Program-made: the position numbers and the translations under genes
Shown: positions 1 to 9,863 of the stretch, one piece after another
Layout of the letters: the number at the start of each line of letters is the position of its first letter
Numbering within the stretch: position 1 is the first letter of the stretch
Source: a virus
Lineage: Duplodnaviria; Caudoviricetes
Length of the DNA stretch: 64,000 nt
IMG/VR virus record: IMGVR_UViG_3300029913_000001
Strand: one strand, 5' to 3'
Notes under the pieces: generated by a model
The model's database searches: none
Seen by the model: the letters and a program-made list of their open reading frames with translations, nothing else
What the model was told of the DNA's origin: nothing

Positions 1-393
1 TGAAATTGGTCTATTATTATAATCGGTAATCGAAAAGTATTTATTAAGCTGTATCGAATGCAATAGCCAACGCAACCCCTCGGGTGTTAAATCTTCCGAC
101 GGCCTAATTTTTAATTGCTTTTCGTTGTGCAGAATCGACAAAATAATTATTGTTATTAAGCCTTTTTTATGAGAAATATTTTCCATTCGAATGAGTTCGT
201 TATTTAATGTTGTTATTGCTAATGCCGTTAAACATTCATTCTCATCGAGAGTAAAATACGAAATAAAAAATGCATCTATACTTTTGTAAATTTTTTCTAG
301 ATCTACTATCTTATATAACGTAGAATTTTCTGGCTTCTTTTTCCCCTTTGCGCTCACTAATTCTACAGATCGAGTAATTTCATTTATTTTCAT
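1..393 (-). CDS. Partial ORF (runs off the window), GNAT-like hypothetical protein starting MKINEI
   Basis: Hand translation: ATG at 393, open to position 1 (MKINEITRSVELVSAKGKKKPENSTLYKIVDLEK...RPSEDLTPEGLRWLL). GTAAATA late-promoter motif at 399-405. The SEDLTPEG..W motif resembles SDVSLSDEGYAIW in ORF 22611-23219. Confidence 0.6.
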   Translation of the reverse strand, partial: MKINEITRSVELVSAKGKKKPENSTLYKIVDLEKIYKSIDAFFISYFTLDENECLTALAITTLNNELIRMENISHKKGLITIIILSILHNEKQLKIRPSEDLTPEGLRWLLHSIQLNKYFSITDYNNRPIS

Positions 394-486
394 ATAATTA
401 TTTACTGTTTCTATCCCACACCGGTATACTATAAGTTTCGATCTCGGGCATTACGTTTTCGTTCCGTATAAATTACTGAATCGAAA

Positions 487-801
487 TTATTTTGAAATTA
501 ATTCTAACACAGTGTTAAATGGTTTAATTTTTTTCTTCATAATGGGTAGGGTATTAAACGTCCAATCTTCTGCGCCGTCATATTCAAGACGGCTTAACCA
601 CCAATTATTTCCGACTACGACGAGATCCGCTGCAATTTCTTGACTGCCATATCCGCTATTGTAATTTACATTCCCTATTTTTTCGAACTCTTGCCATGAA
701 ATAACATATTTTCCGTCGCTTGACCCAACCCAATTAACATCCTCTACCGTCTTATCGCAAATAGTAAGATAACCAATTGTTTCTATGAGTAAATTTGTCA
801 T
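487..801 (-). CDS. Hypothetical phage protein (start revised to MTNLL)
   Basis: ORF track. The ATG at 801 abuts the stop of the upstream gene. Confidence 0.7.
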   Translation of the reverse strand: MTNLLIETIGYLTICDKTVEDVNWVGSSDGKYVISWQEFEKIGNVNYNSGYGSQEIAADLVVVGNNWWLSRLEYDGAEDWTFNTLPIMKKKIKPFNTVLELISK

Positions 802-802
802 T

Positions 803-1039
803 TCATTGCCCCAACCTAAAAATTTCGTCATTGGAAAGTTTTCGAACAGTCCGCAAAAATCGAAAAATCCTAAGGACATTGCCATCTTCAGACACATTAA
901 TGTAAACTATCGTTTCGGCTGGATCATATGGATCATGATAATCAATCTTACTCACAATTCCAATATTAATTGAATCGAGTAGACCCCACATTGTATCAAA
1001 TTCAACATGATCCCCGGTCTTAATTTTTACGGTTTGCAT
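803..1039 (-). CDS. Small SH3/KOW-like protein with C-terminal LIxRL-type tag
   Basis: KIKTGDHVEF at the N-terminus; ends DEIFRLGQ. Confidence 0.65.
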   Translation of the reverse strand: MQTVKIKTGDHVEFDTMWGLLDSINIGIVSKIDYHDPYDPAETIVYINVSEDGNVLRIFRFLRTVRKLSNDEIFRLGQ

Positions 1040-1040
1040 T

Positions 1041-1256
1041 CTATTCTGTCAAATTAACGTCGAGAATTGGAAATTTATCCTGCACCTTACCACAATCCAT
1101 GCAGAGATTAAATTCAAGATAATCGCCGCCGCCGATTCCTAAATTATCCGGAACATACCCATCATGCTCAAGCTCTCCAAAAGTAACAAAACATAAATCC
1201 GAACATTTTCCCGAAACCGTTAAAATACGATCACTACTGCACGAGTTGCAAATCAT
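1041..1256 (-). CDS. Small Cys-rich (zinc-ribbon-like) protein
   Basis: CNSC...CMDC pairs. Confidence 0.6.
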   Translation of the reverse strand: MICNSCSSDRILTVSGKCSDLCFVTFGELEHDGYVPDNLGIGGGDYLEFNLCMDCGKVQDKFPILDVNLTE

Positions 1257-1742
1257 TTAATATCTCCTAGTTGAAAATTTCGTTCGAATTGCGCCAATAA
1301 GATCATTAAGATTTTCATAAAGAGGAACATTGTATTTTTTGCAGACGATATCAATATTACCTTTACGATAGTACCCTTTTGGGCAGCATACTAAAACTTG
1401 CTGCGTTTTTGCCTGAAGGCCCAATTCCAATAAAGTAACAGGCGCCTTAGTTAATTTAGCCTGTTCTTCATCTGACCCAAATACATAAATGCACAAATTA
1501 GCTAAATCTTGCCCCGCTAATTCCCATTCAACCTGTTGCCGAAATCGATGATCCTCGATGCTTTGCACCCATGAAGAATCCCAATCATCACGCCTGGGAT
1601 TAAGAAAAATAACATTTAACTCGGTTAATGCATTGACGACTCGCTCTTGCCAATTTTCTGCTTTTCCTTGCTCGATCGCACCGCCAAGAAAAATGACTGG
1701 TCGATCGACGGTATAAGCATTCGGGGCCTTAACTTCAATCAT
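1257..1742 (-). CDS. Nucleoside 2-deoxyribosyltransferase-like protein
   Basis: Motifs IFLGGAI...NWQ, LNPRRDDW, QVEWEL, PVTLLELG, recognised from memory of the family. Confidence 0.8.
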   Translation of the reverse strand: MIEVKAPNAYTVDRPVIFLGGAIEQGKAENWQERVVNALTELNVIFLNPRRDDWDSSWVQSIEDHRFRQQVEWELAGQDLANLCIYVFGSDEEQAKLTKAPVTLLELGLQAKTQQVLVCCPKGYYRKGNIDIVCKKYNVPLYENLNDLIGAIRTKFSTRRY

Positions 1743-2309
1743 TTTTAATTCTAACCTTTAATTTCAACTAAATGCCAATTATATGCATCGTCGCCTGGGC
1801 GGTAACAATACTTATATTGGAAATTACAGTACTCTAGCCAATAAATTATTCCGGATATTGGACACCGACGGGGGAGATACGTAAATCTCTTAACATTTTT
1901 AATATCACCAATAAGAGGCAACGGCTTTGGCTTTGGATAAAATCTCATTTATTCTACCTTCAACTTCTAAAGTTGTTTAGCAAGTTTTAAAACTGCGGGA
2001 CTTATATTCTCGATGAGTTTCAAATATTCCGAATCGACCAAATCTTCTATGTACATACTAATGAAATTAAGCGAGGCCGCTTCGGAAAATGAAATGTTCG
2101 CTGTCTTACTCTTCGTCTTCCCATTCTTCATAATCGTTATCTGGGGTCGTCGCCTGCTTCGTGAACATCGGAAAGAATAAAATTATGCTTCCCACTAACG
2201 AGAGTGCAATACCGATGCGTGGATTAAAACCGAAAATTAGGCAAGCGATAACGATTATAATTCCGCCAAGTCTAACAAAATTATTAAATGATTTATCCGA
2301 AAGTCTCAT

Positions 2310-3731
2310 TTATACCTCCGCCAATTCTCGGATCTCATCCAACGTCTGGTGACGCAGCACAACGCCGTTTCGGAAAACAAGCTCGAGTTGATTACCATAT
2401 ACACCTTCACCATTATCCTGCACCGTACTGAATAACCCAGTATTCTCAGAATAAATTAGCGCTGGACGACCCTTGAAAGATGCCTTTGATGGATCGCCTT
2501 TCGGCGCCTTCCACACAGGAGTATCAATATTGTCGAATCGTACATTGCAGAACTTCATAGCAGACTTCATTGAATCGCGATTAATTCCCTTATGGAGTAG
2601 CCCACCGCCCATACCCACAACAATGTTTTCGACACTCCACCCGGCGTTCTTAACCGTCTCATACAATTTACGGATGGAAAAAATATCCATCCCATCGCCC
2701 CAAAGCAGGCCAACACATGGAGTCAGTACCTTGTATCCTTTACTATTAACAGAATAACCAAACCGATCTCCGAGAATTTCAAGCAATACAGGAACCTTAA
2801 CAGAAGGATCACCAGAATCTGGACGAGCAACAACTTTAGTTTTACCATGAAGAATTTGATCTCGGAAAGTACCACCTAAAATTTCACGAACAAAATATTC
2901 ATCATCGTAACTGTCGATCACGATACTAAGAACGGGCGCATCTTTATATGCTTCTAGAATTCGTGCAACGACATGTCGTTCACCTTCGGGGCCTTCAATA
3001 GTTTGCACAAAATGTTCGGTTGCCGGAACGCTAAATGCACTTACCCTATCTGCTCCGTAATATTGATGCAGCAGACTCATTCCAATAACGGTGTCTGTGC
3101 CCTTAAAATTCATAAGATGCGCGGCGCCGCCAATTGCAGCCTGATGGGGCCCTGAAACAGCACGGCCGCCAAAATCATGCAACATAAACGGTAAAGCAGC
3201 ATAGGAATCGGAGGTCAGTGAGAGATATTCCTTGGCTAGTTTCTTAACTTCGCGACTTTGGGTAGCAACAATACTCCCATACCAATTTCGCATTAGTCGA
3301 GTTTCACACCAACCCGGCAACCAGGCGCATTTTTCATCTGTGCTTTCAACGGTGAAGACGACATTGTTAATGCCATTATTGGCAATATTAAATGGGCGGC
3401 CCTCCTTGATTGCTCGAATTTCAATTGGCAATCGTCCATGATACCTATCCAGAATATACTGCCATTGTGCCTTAGGATAGGGAAAGCCGCCATAAAAATG
3501 AATCTGACTATCTGCATAAGCCTCATCAAGATTTTCCTGCGTAAAGAACTTGCCCTCGAATTCGGCCATTAGCTGATACTGCAATCCGAAAAATACTGCC
3601 TCGCTATAAATTCCACCGCGGTTGCAGTAGTAATTCATTGCCTCGGTTAGATTGCTGGGGAGAACCTGGGGATGAGTATTCTTGTAGCTATCGGTATCCA
3701 GCAGCGGATTAATTACTAGTGGGGTTGGCAT
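2310..3731 (-). CDS. nadV: Nicotinamide phosphoribosyltransferase (Nampt)
   Basis: TDSYK, HDFGGR, GTDT, PATEH, DSYD, RPDSGDP, WGDG and GMGGGL motifs; 473 aa. Confidence 0.93.
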   Translation of the reverse strand: MPTPLVINPLLDTDSYKNTHPQVLPSNLTEAMNYYCNRGGIYSEAVFFGLQYQLMAEFEGKFFTQENLDEAYADSQIHFYGGFPYPKAQWQYILDRYHGRLPIEIRAIKEGRPFNIANNGINNVVFTVESTDEKCAWLPGWCETRLMRNWYGSIVATQSREVKKLAKEYLSLTSDSYAALPFMLHDFGGRAVSGPHQAAIGGAAHLMNFKGTDTVIGMSLLHQYYGADRVSAFSVPATEHFVQTIEGPEGERHVVARILEAYKDAPVLSIVIDSYDDEYFVREILGGTFRDQILHGKTKVVARPDSGDPSVKVPVLLEILGDRFGYSVNSKGYKVLTPCVGLLWGDGMDIFSIRKLYETVKNAGWSVENIVVGMGGGLLHKGINRDSMKSAMKFCNVRFDNIDTPVWKAPKGDPSKASFKGRPALIYSENTGLFSTVQDNGEGVYGNQLELVFRNGVVLRHQTLDEIRELAEV

Positions 3732-3754
3732 TTTAATATTCCTTTCTTAATCTT

Positions 3755-3783
3755 ATTATATATTATTTTTGATAATATTGCAA
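3755..3783 (-). promoter_or_regulatory. Sigma70-type promoter for nadV
   Basis: TTGCAA-17 nt-TATAAT on the minus strand. Confidence 0.7.
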
Positions 3784-3786
3784 GAA

Positions 3787-5569
3787 TTATTTTGGCCATT
3801 TTGAAAAATCAAACGGTTCTTTCGGATTGGCCCAGTCATCGTCCGTTAATCCGTTTTCGGTATAATAACCGGCGAACGCAATTCGAAGATTTTGTACCAA
3901 TGCATCCGGATCGAAGTCATTTTCAGTTCCATCCATTGTTGCACATTTAACGGCGTATCGTCCCGCAGCTACGATTGCTCGATCAAATTGTTCTCGGCTT
4001 AAGGTAATTGTTCTCCCGGGTTCCGATTCGTTCCAAATACTAATATGAATTTCACCGTTGCCGCCCATACGAAACGGCATAGGCGGCGCATTGTACCCAG
4101 TATCTGATTTCTTGTATAACCAATGATCTTTGGGAAGATCCATGGACATTACAGCAAATCCCGAGCCGTCCCCTAAGTCTTGGACTTCGTTAATTTTTCC
4201 ATTGCAGTCTGTTGCGAGTTGTGTTAATGTATCCACGACGGCCATTTCACTCTCCAATTTTAATTTTATTGTTCCAGCCGGTGTACTAATTCTTTCTCAA
4301 TGAAATCTAATGCCCACAACCAGGCAAAATATTCGGCTTGGACTCCATTTTTATCCCATCGAGTATCGACCATACGCCGGTTGTCGGCATAAATAAATCC
4401 ATCCGAAAAATAAGCCTTTGGATAAGATTGCAACACGATATACTTATTTTTTTCTAATGCGGGAGTAAGCCACGAATTTAGAAAAGATTTATCAAATTTC
4501 ATTTATAGATTTCTTTCATACCGTAAGATAATTTTTCAGCAAGTGCTTTATTTTTATCGATAATTTTATTAATCTTCTCGAGTTTAGCGAGACGATCGAC
4601 TGTTAGCTTTTCAATGGCGGATGTTACACCATCCAATGAATCGGAATATCCGGCTGCATCTGCATTCTGAATTCTCCATCTCCACCCATCTCCGGTGTTG
4701 TCTGGCTCAATTATTACCTTTTCCCAAACAGATAAAAGATTTTTCATTGCGCACCCTTCTTTAATTTTTCAATACAAATTAGACGATATTCATTCGCGGT
4801 GGTTTCATTAACAAATCCTGCAATCCTTTCATCGTCTAGATAAATAGCATATTCTTTAAAGAATATGCTGTTAACATCATATTCTTCCCCAGCAACAACC
4901 CTAACTCGATCTTCCGGAGTTTTTTCGGTTTCTACGAATTTATTGTATATCTTTTGTGCGAAGCCTACGGGGAAGACATATTCCTGGTAGTAGTTTAAAA
5001 GTTCTTCATCGAGAATAATTTTAAAGCGAGTAGCCGCGGTCAACATCGCTGCGGTCATCGAGCGCACTGCTAAAGATTCGGTATCATCTCTAAAATTTTT
5101 GCTATCATTTGCAGCAGCGATCATATCTTTAACTAGGTCATGGCCCACAGCAGACAGCGTATTATCTGAATTTAAAATTCTTTTTAAATCATTAATTAGG
5201 TCTACAAACATATAAGAGTCATCATCTTGATAGCGATAAACCAAATCTTGCGCGGCATCAAATTCTTCTATAATATTCATGTTTCCTCTCGTATTACTCG
5301 ATATTAATTTTTCCAAATAAAGAATATTTTGTTATTTTGTGCTTTCTATACATTGGCGAGATCTTTTTCTGGATCATTTTTAATAGGTCACTTAATAAGA
5401 TGCAAATCACTCCAATAAGAATAACCGCTAGAAAAAATGCCCACCAAATCGGAAAAATAATAACGCCGAACCAATATTCTGCAATGGTTAAATCTAATAG
5501 ATTAGAACCATCCGATAATCCAAATATTGTCATAATTTTATAATGCCATGAATTTTTACGAATTTTCAT
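3787..5569 (-). CDS. Run of hypothetical ORFs (3787-4257, 4266-4502, 4499-4747, 4744-5316, 5294-5569)
   Basis: Tightly packed, co-oriented ORFs with overlapping start/stop codons. 4266-4502 ends ELVHRLEQ (tag family); 5294-5569 has a transmembrane stretch. Confidence 0.65.
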
Positions 5570-6031
5570 ATTATCCTTCCGTGTTCGTTTCCTTCCAACG
5601 CTGCTCCCAATTTTTGTCAACCTGTATTGCTGCGTCCTCTGGATGTCCGGGACGAATCTGTGCGCCGGGATGCCATTGTGGTAATTCGACACTGCCATCT
5701 AGGCGGGCCTTAGGAACATACTCAACCCCATCGATAACAACTTGTTTCATCGTTTCTCCTGATATAACAGTAACAACAGTTGAGTGAATTAACGATAATC
5801 TATCTTGCTAGTTTATCGAGTAATTTCTCATCGAAATATTCACGCCATTTACCAACTCGCCATTTACACGGCAAAATAACATTATAGATGTGATTCATAA
5901 TATATTCAGGTTTACTACAATCGATTACCTCTGCCACTCCGATGTGCATGATAACTTTTCCAAATCGCGTAACAATAATTTCGCTATTGTCATCGGAAAA
6001 ATCCCAGTCGTATTCATTTTCGATTGGCATT

Positions 6032-7021
6032 TTATACTTGCCCATATAGATGATTCTTTAACATTTTGAAAAGAATCTGATGTTCCTTTTCGAACATATC
6101 CTCTGTTACTGCTTCGATCGGGAAAAATCGTGTAGTACTAATATCGTCGCCGCCGGTAGTCTCGAGACTACCTACTTCGCCGAGAAAGAAAATGGTTTTA
6201 ATCGTTTCGGAACTATCTCTATATCGCCAATCGTCAATCTGGGTACTTCCAATATATTCTAATTTTCCGGGAGTGGTAAGCGTTTCTTCCATACTTTCCA
6301 TAGTAGCATCAGATTCATAGCTAACATTTTGCGGGCGTAGTTTGCCCATCGCATGACCACCGGGAAATCTATATCCCTTTTCATCACTCCGCTTCGCTAA
6401 CAACAGTTGAATATCATCTTCAACATTCAACGATACACGCTCTCCTGAAGCTACTCGGAAATCTGGATTCTTAATCTTACTACGATGAATAATTGCTACA
6501 TCAACGGTTGGAATAACTCGATCAAACGTGTTTCTTGTTGCGTAAATAACTCCAGCTCTGAATTCGGGACTATCCAATGCTTCGTTGGCCGCTACATTTC
6601 GAAGAGTGGTACCGGAAATTGTCTGATCTACCGGCATCGTCAATTCAACAACCTTACGACGGCCAGAATAAGATTTCAAGAAACTATCGCGACTTCCATA
6701 CAAAGTGGCCTTGCCGTACGGCACCCTCTCTGTAATTAGTCGATCAAGATCCTGGCTCCATAATTCATCTGTCTTCCGATTATGAATCGGATAAACTTCA
6801 TAATTAGGATATGCTGCATGAATCATTTTTCGCCTAGTATCAAAATCAAGCGGATCATTTTTTGTCGGTGCTATTCCAACCGGCAGGCAGCCTAGGAAAA
6901 CGATGACCCGTGGATGAATTCTACCTACTGCATCGAGTAATGCTCGATGACCCTCGTGCAATTCTGGTAATTGAAACCTAGCAACCAAAACACCATAATC
7001 GGGCTGTGTGATATTACTCAT
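6032..7021 (-). CDS. Bifunctional NMN adenylyltransferase / Nudix hydrolase (NadM-Nudix type)
   Basis: N-terminal ARFQ...HEGH (HxGH) nucleotidyltransferase motif, SGTTLR, PTVDVAI and a C-terminal Nudix-like fold with a degenerate box. Confidence 0.88.
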   Translation of the reverse strand: MSNITQPDYGVLVARFQLPELHEGHRALLDAVGRIHPRVIVFLGCLPVGIAPTKNDPLDFDTRRKMIHAAYPNYEVYPIHNRKTDELWSQDLDRLITERVPYGKATLYGSRDSFLKSYSGRRKVVELTMPVDQTISGTTLRNVAANEALDSPEFRAGVIYATRNTFDRVIPTVDVAIIHRSKIKNPDFRVASGERVSLNVEDDIQLLLAKRSDEKGYRFPGGHAMGKLRPQNVSYESDATMESMEETLTTPGKLEYIGSTQIDDWRYRDSSETIKTIFFLGEVGSLETTGGDDISTTRFFPIEAVTEDMFEKEHQILFKMLKNHLYGQV

Positions 7022-7307
7022 TGTTCTTCCTTTCACTGTCGGTTAAATAATTTTCATATTTTCCATTGTTAGCGTAATATGCGTCCCATGATTCTTTGGA
7101 AATTTGAGTGGTATATGAAGATCCACGTCGCTTTTCCGAAAGAAGTGATCGCCGCTTTTCCCAATAATTAGCACGTAGCACAATAGCAAAAATGAAAATA
7201 GTTAAAAAAGCCAAATACCAATAAAAATTACGATAAACGAAAAACAGTTGAACCGCCAACAGGCAAAATTCTACCGTTAGTACTGTCCAAATAAATTTAC
7301 GCATCAT
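7014..7307 (-). CDS. Small membrane protein
   Basis: Two hydrophobic segments at the N-terminus. Confidence 0.65.
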   Translation of the reverse strand: MMRKFIWTVLTVEFCLLAVQLFFVYRNFYWYLAFLTIFIFAIVLRANYWEKRRSLLSEKRRGSSYTTQISKESWDAYYANNGKYENYLTDSERKNNE

Positions 7308-7746
7308 TTTCTCTTTCTTGCAACTCTTTTCGAATTGCCATCAAAATTTTTCCAAGATGATTTTTACCGACACCCTTGCAAACGCCCCAAAATGTATCAC
7401 CCCAGGTATTACCCTCGATAAGAATTGCATCTTCGGTCGCCAACAATTTTTGTCTTAATTCCGAATTCGTAAACTTTTGGCAAAGCAAATCAACCATTAC
7501 ATTAAGTTTAACGTCATTCCAATCGGATCGGAGGGTAGTCAGCCGCCCTAATCTTTTTGCTTTACCGGGAGTAGTTGCGTCCCGTATTTCGATCCGTTGA
7601 TCTAAATTAAAGGTTTTGCTCGCCTGATATGCGCGTTCAACATCTCGGTACCGAAAATTATCATCTTCGAGCCGAATGCCGCCGGGTACATAAGAAAAAT
7701 TACTTAAAAACTCAAACTCCCCGACAAATTTATCAATAATTTTCAT
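7297..7746 (-). CDS. NADAR (YbiA-like) family protein
   Basis: FLSNF, VERAYQASK, AKRLGR, LLATEDAILIEGN.WGD.FWG and NHLGKILM motifs. Confidence 0.92.
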   Translation of the reverse strand: MKIIDKFVGEFEFLSNFSYVPGGIRLEDDNFRYRDVERAYQASKTFNLDQRIEIRDATTPGKAKRLGRLTTLRSDWNDVKLNVMVDLLCQKFTNSELRQKLLATEDAILIEGNTWGDTFWGVCKGVGKNHLGKILMAIRKELQERENDA

Positions 7747-7755
7747 TACTCTTTT

Positions 7756-7784
7756 ATTATAATACTCGCAGTGAGAATAGTCAA
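7756..7784 (-). promoter_or_regulatory. Sigma70-type promoter upstream of the NADAR / Nmnat-Nudix operon
   Basis: TTGACT-17 nt-TATAAT on the minus strand. Confidence 0.75.
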
Positions 7785-8008
7785 CAGTTAAATATGCAAA
7801 TCAATTTTAATATTATCGCCATCCTTATATTTTGCGAAAAATAGGCAAGGAAGCCATGCAACAACAATAATAAAAAAAATTACTGCCGGACCAAGATTCG
7901 GATATTTTGTAATTGTCGGGCCACTGACGGAACCGAAGTGAAAAACCATCCCAGCCAAGATTAAGCCAAAGACAATATAAACCAAAAAAATAATTCCCAT
8001 AAATCCTT

Positions 8009-8635
8009 TTATTCCGATGCTATTCGGATTTTAAGTTCGGTAATGTAACGTGAAATATTTGTTCTAGCCGCTCGCTCCCAAATTGCACGAGTCTCTGAGC
8101 ACCAGAAAATACAAGGTACCGATAAAAATTTGTTCATTATTGCCATTTGCCCGGCATAAAAATCCTTATCAGTCATCCAGGCAAATTCTTTTCGAATATT
8201 CGAATTATTTTTCAAAAACGTTGTGTACGGGGCAGCCAACGAGCTGAGATCCAGATCAATAAAGAAATTTAAATCCTTGTTAAATCCTGTGTAAAATTCG
8301 TCGTACGATTTATGATTTAAATGGTCGGCAGTACCCGAAATCATCAGGCTAATGATCTCGGCATCGGACTTCGATGTAAAATTCTGGTAGCGGTTGAACA
8401 ACTGAACACTATCTTCAACACTGAAATGATCTGGACGATAATTCCCATTATCAACAGTTTGATAAACTGCATCATGCCAAAAAATTGCGTGCATAATTAA
8501 ATCTGACCGTGTACAGATGCCGGAAAAAATATCTAATTTTGTTAACATATCCTTAACATGACGCCAGCTATGATAGTAACGCAATTCATACCCGGACAAT
8601 GCCGACCAGAATCCATCAAGATAATCGGCCTGCAT
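8009..8635 (-). CDS. HD-superfamily metal-dependent phosphohydrolase
   Basis: RYYHSWRHV, AIFWHDAVY, DLDLSSL and NIRKEF motifs. Confidence 0.85.
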   Translation of the reverse strand: MQADYLDGFWSALSGYELRYYHSWRHVKDMLTKLDIFSGICTRSDLIMHAIFWHDAVYQTVDNGNYRPDHFSVEDSVQLFNRYQNFTSKSDAEIISLMISGTADHLNHKSYDEFYTGFNKDLNFFIDLDLSSLAAPYTTFLKNNSNIRKEFAWMTDKDFYAGQMAIMNKFLSVPCIFWCSETRAIWERAARTNISRYITELKIRIASE

Positions 8636-8870
8636 AAGACTCTTATATTTTTAAATTCATTCCACTCCTATTGGTGCGGCACCATATTTATAATAATTGC
8701 CGGCCAGCACAAAACAATTACTAATAAAAGCGCAGCGGATAGTATCGACCTATCAGAGTTGGTTTTGCTCATTAATTCATCCAGCATTTGATTGATACTA
8801 TCCCATTGCAAATGCAGTAAATATCCTGCGATTAAAAAACCAGTTAGAAAATAAAATAAAAGAAAAAACA

Positions 8871-9851
8871 TTATTTCTCCAATCCGTAAAACTTTTTCAA
8901 CCAAGGAAGAATCCATTCTTCATATTCTTTTCGTAGTTCGACAGTCAATGCCGGTAACTTTGATTCTAGTGAAAGTGTCTTTAATGTATCTACCCCAACT
9001 AAAATCTGCTCACGAATTTTTTCAATAGGATGCTCTCCACGACGAATAGATTTTAAATACTCAGCGTAATCTGATGTGTACGGATATTTAAGTTTCTTTC
9101 CAGACAATAAATCAATGCCCTCATTAACGATCCTTAAAGCATGGGAAACTGCCTTCCAATCGGCGGTAGACTGCGCAGCATCTTTTGCTCGAGTTCCAAA
9201 TTTTGCGACTTGAACATTTACAATATCAAGATTAGTTTCAAATGCGCTCGAATACGGTAAAATCTTTTCCAATAATTTAATACACGGCCGCATATTTTGG
9301 CCGGCCGAATCAATAGCATAATCGGTTATTGAAAAATATTTCGGATAATCTTTTTCAATTTCTACGGCAAGTTCCTCAAATTCAGCTTGATGATCTACAA
9401 TACGATGCAATTTTGGAAATCTTTTAAATAAATCTCTAGCGTCCAGGGCCGCATTTAATCGGTCACCTTTATCAGAATACACTTGGGCCTGGTTGACCGC
9501 ATATCCTACCATTGATTTAATATTAGCCGTCAAAAATTTATCGTGTAATTCGGTGCAAAACAATGGAAATCTTCCATCGTATATCGCCTGCTCACCGTCA
9601 ACACACTCAACCGATGCAGCTAGCTCTAGCGCATATGTCTGCCCCTCCATAAAATCTCTTGCAAAAACCTGTAGAGGAACATTTTCACAATCGATATCGT
9701 TAATAACGGGCCTGGTATTTTTAATCGACTTACCAAGCAACAAGGAATCTAACTCAGGAAGTACAATGTATTTCATATCCCTATCCGATTCGGGTGTAGA
9801 AGTTCCATAAAGTTGTGATCCGTATAGACAAGAAAATAAAATCTTTTGCAT
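8871..9851 (-). CDS. DNA polymerase beta-superfamily nucleotidyltransferase (RlaP/NrdC.11-like)
   Basis: GSQLYGTSTPESDRD (GS...DxD) motif; DWKAVSHALR; LKSIRRG. Confidence 0.8.
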   Translation of the reverse strand: MQKILFSCLYGSQLYGTSTPESDRDMKYIVLPELDSLLLGKSIKNTRPVINDIDCENVPLQVFARDFMEGQTYALELAASVECVDGEQAIYDGRFPLFCTELHDKFLTANIKSMVGYAVNQAQVYSDKGDRLNAALDARDLFKRFPKLHRIVDHQAEFEELAVEIEKDYPKYFSITDYAIDSAGQNMRPCIKLLEKILPYSSAFETNLDIVNVQVAKFGTRAKDAAQSTADWKAVSHALRIVNEGIDLLSGKKLKYPYTSDYAEYLKSIRRGEHPIEKIREQILVGVDTLKTLSLESKLPALTVELRKEYEEWILPWLKKFYGLEK

Positions 9852-9863
9852 ATTATATTCCTT

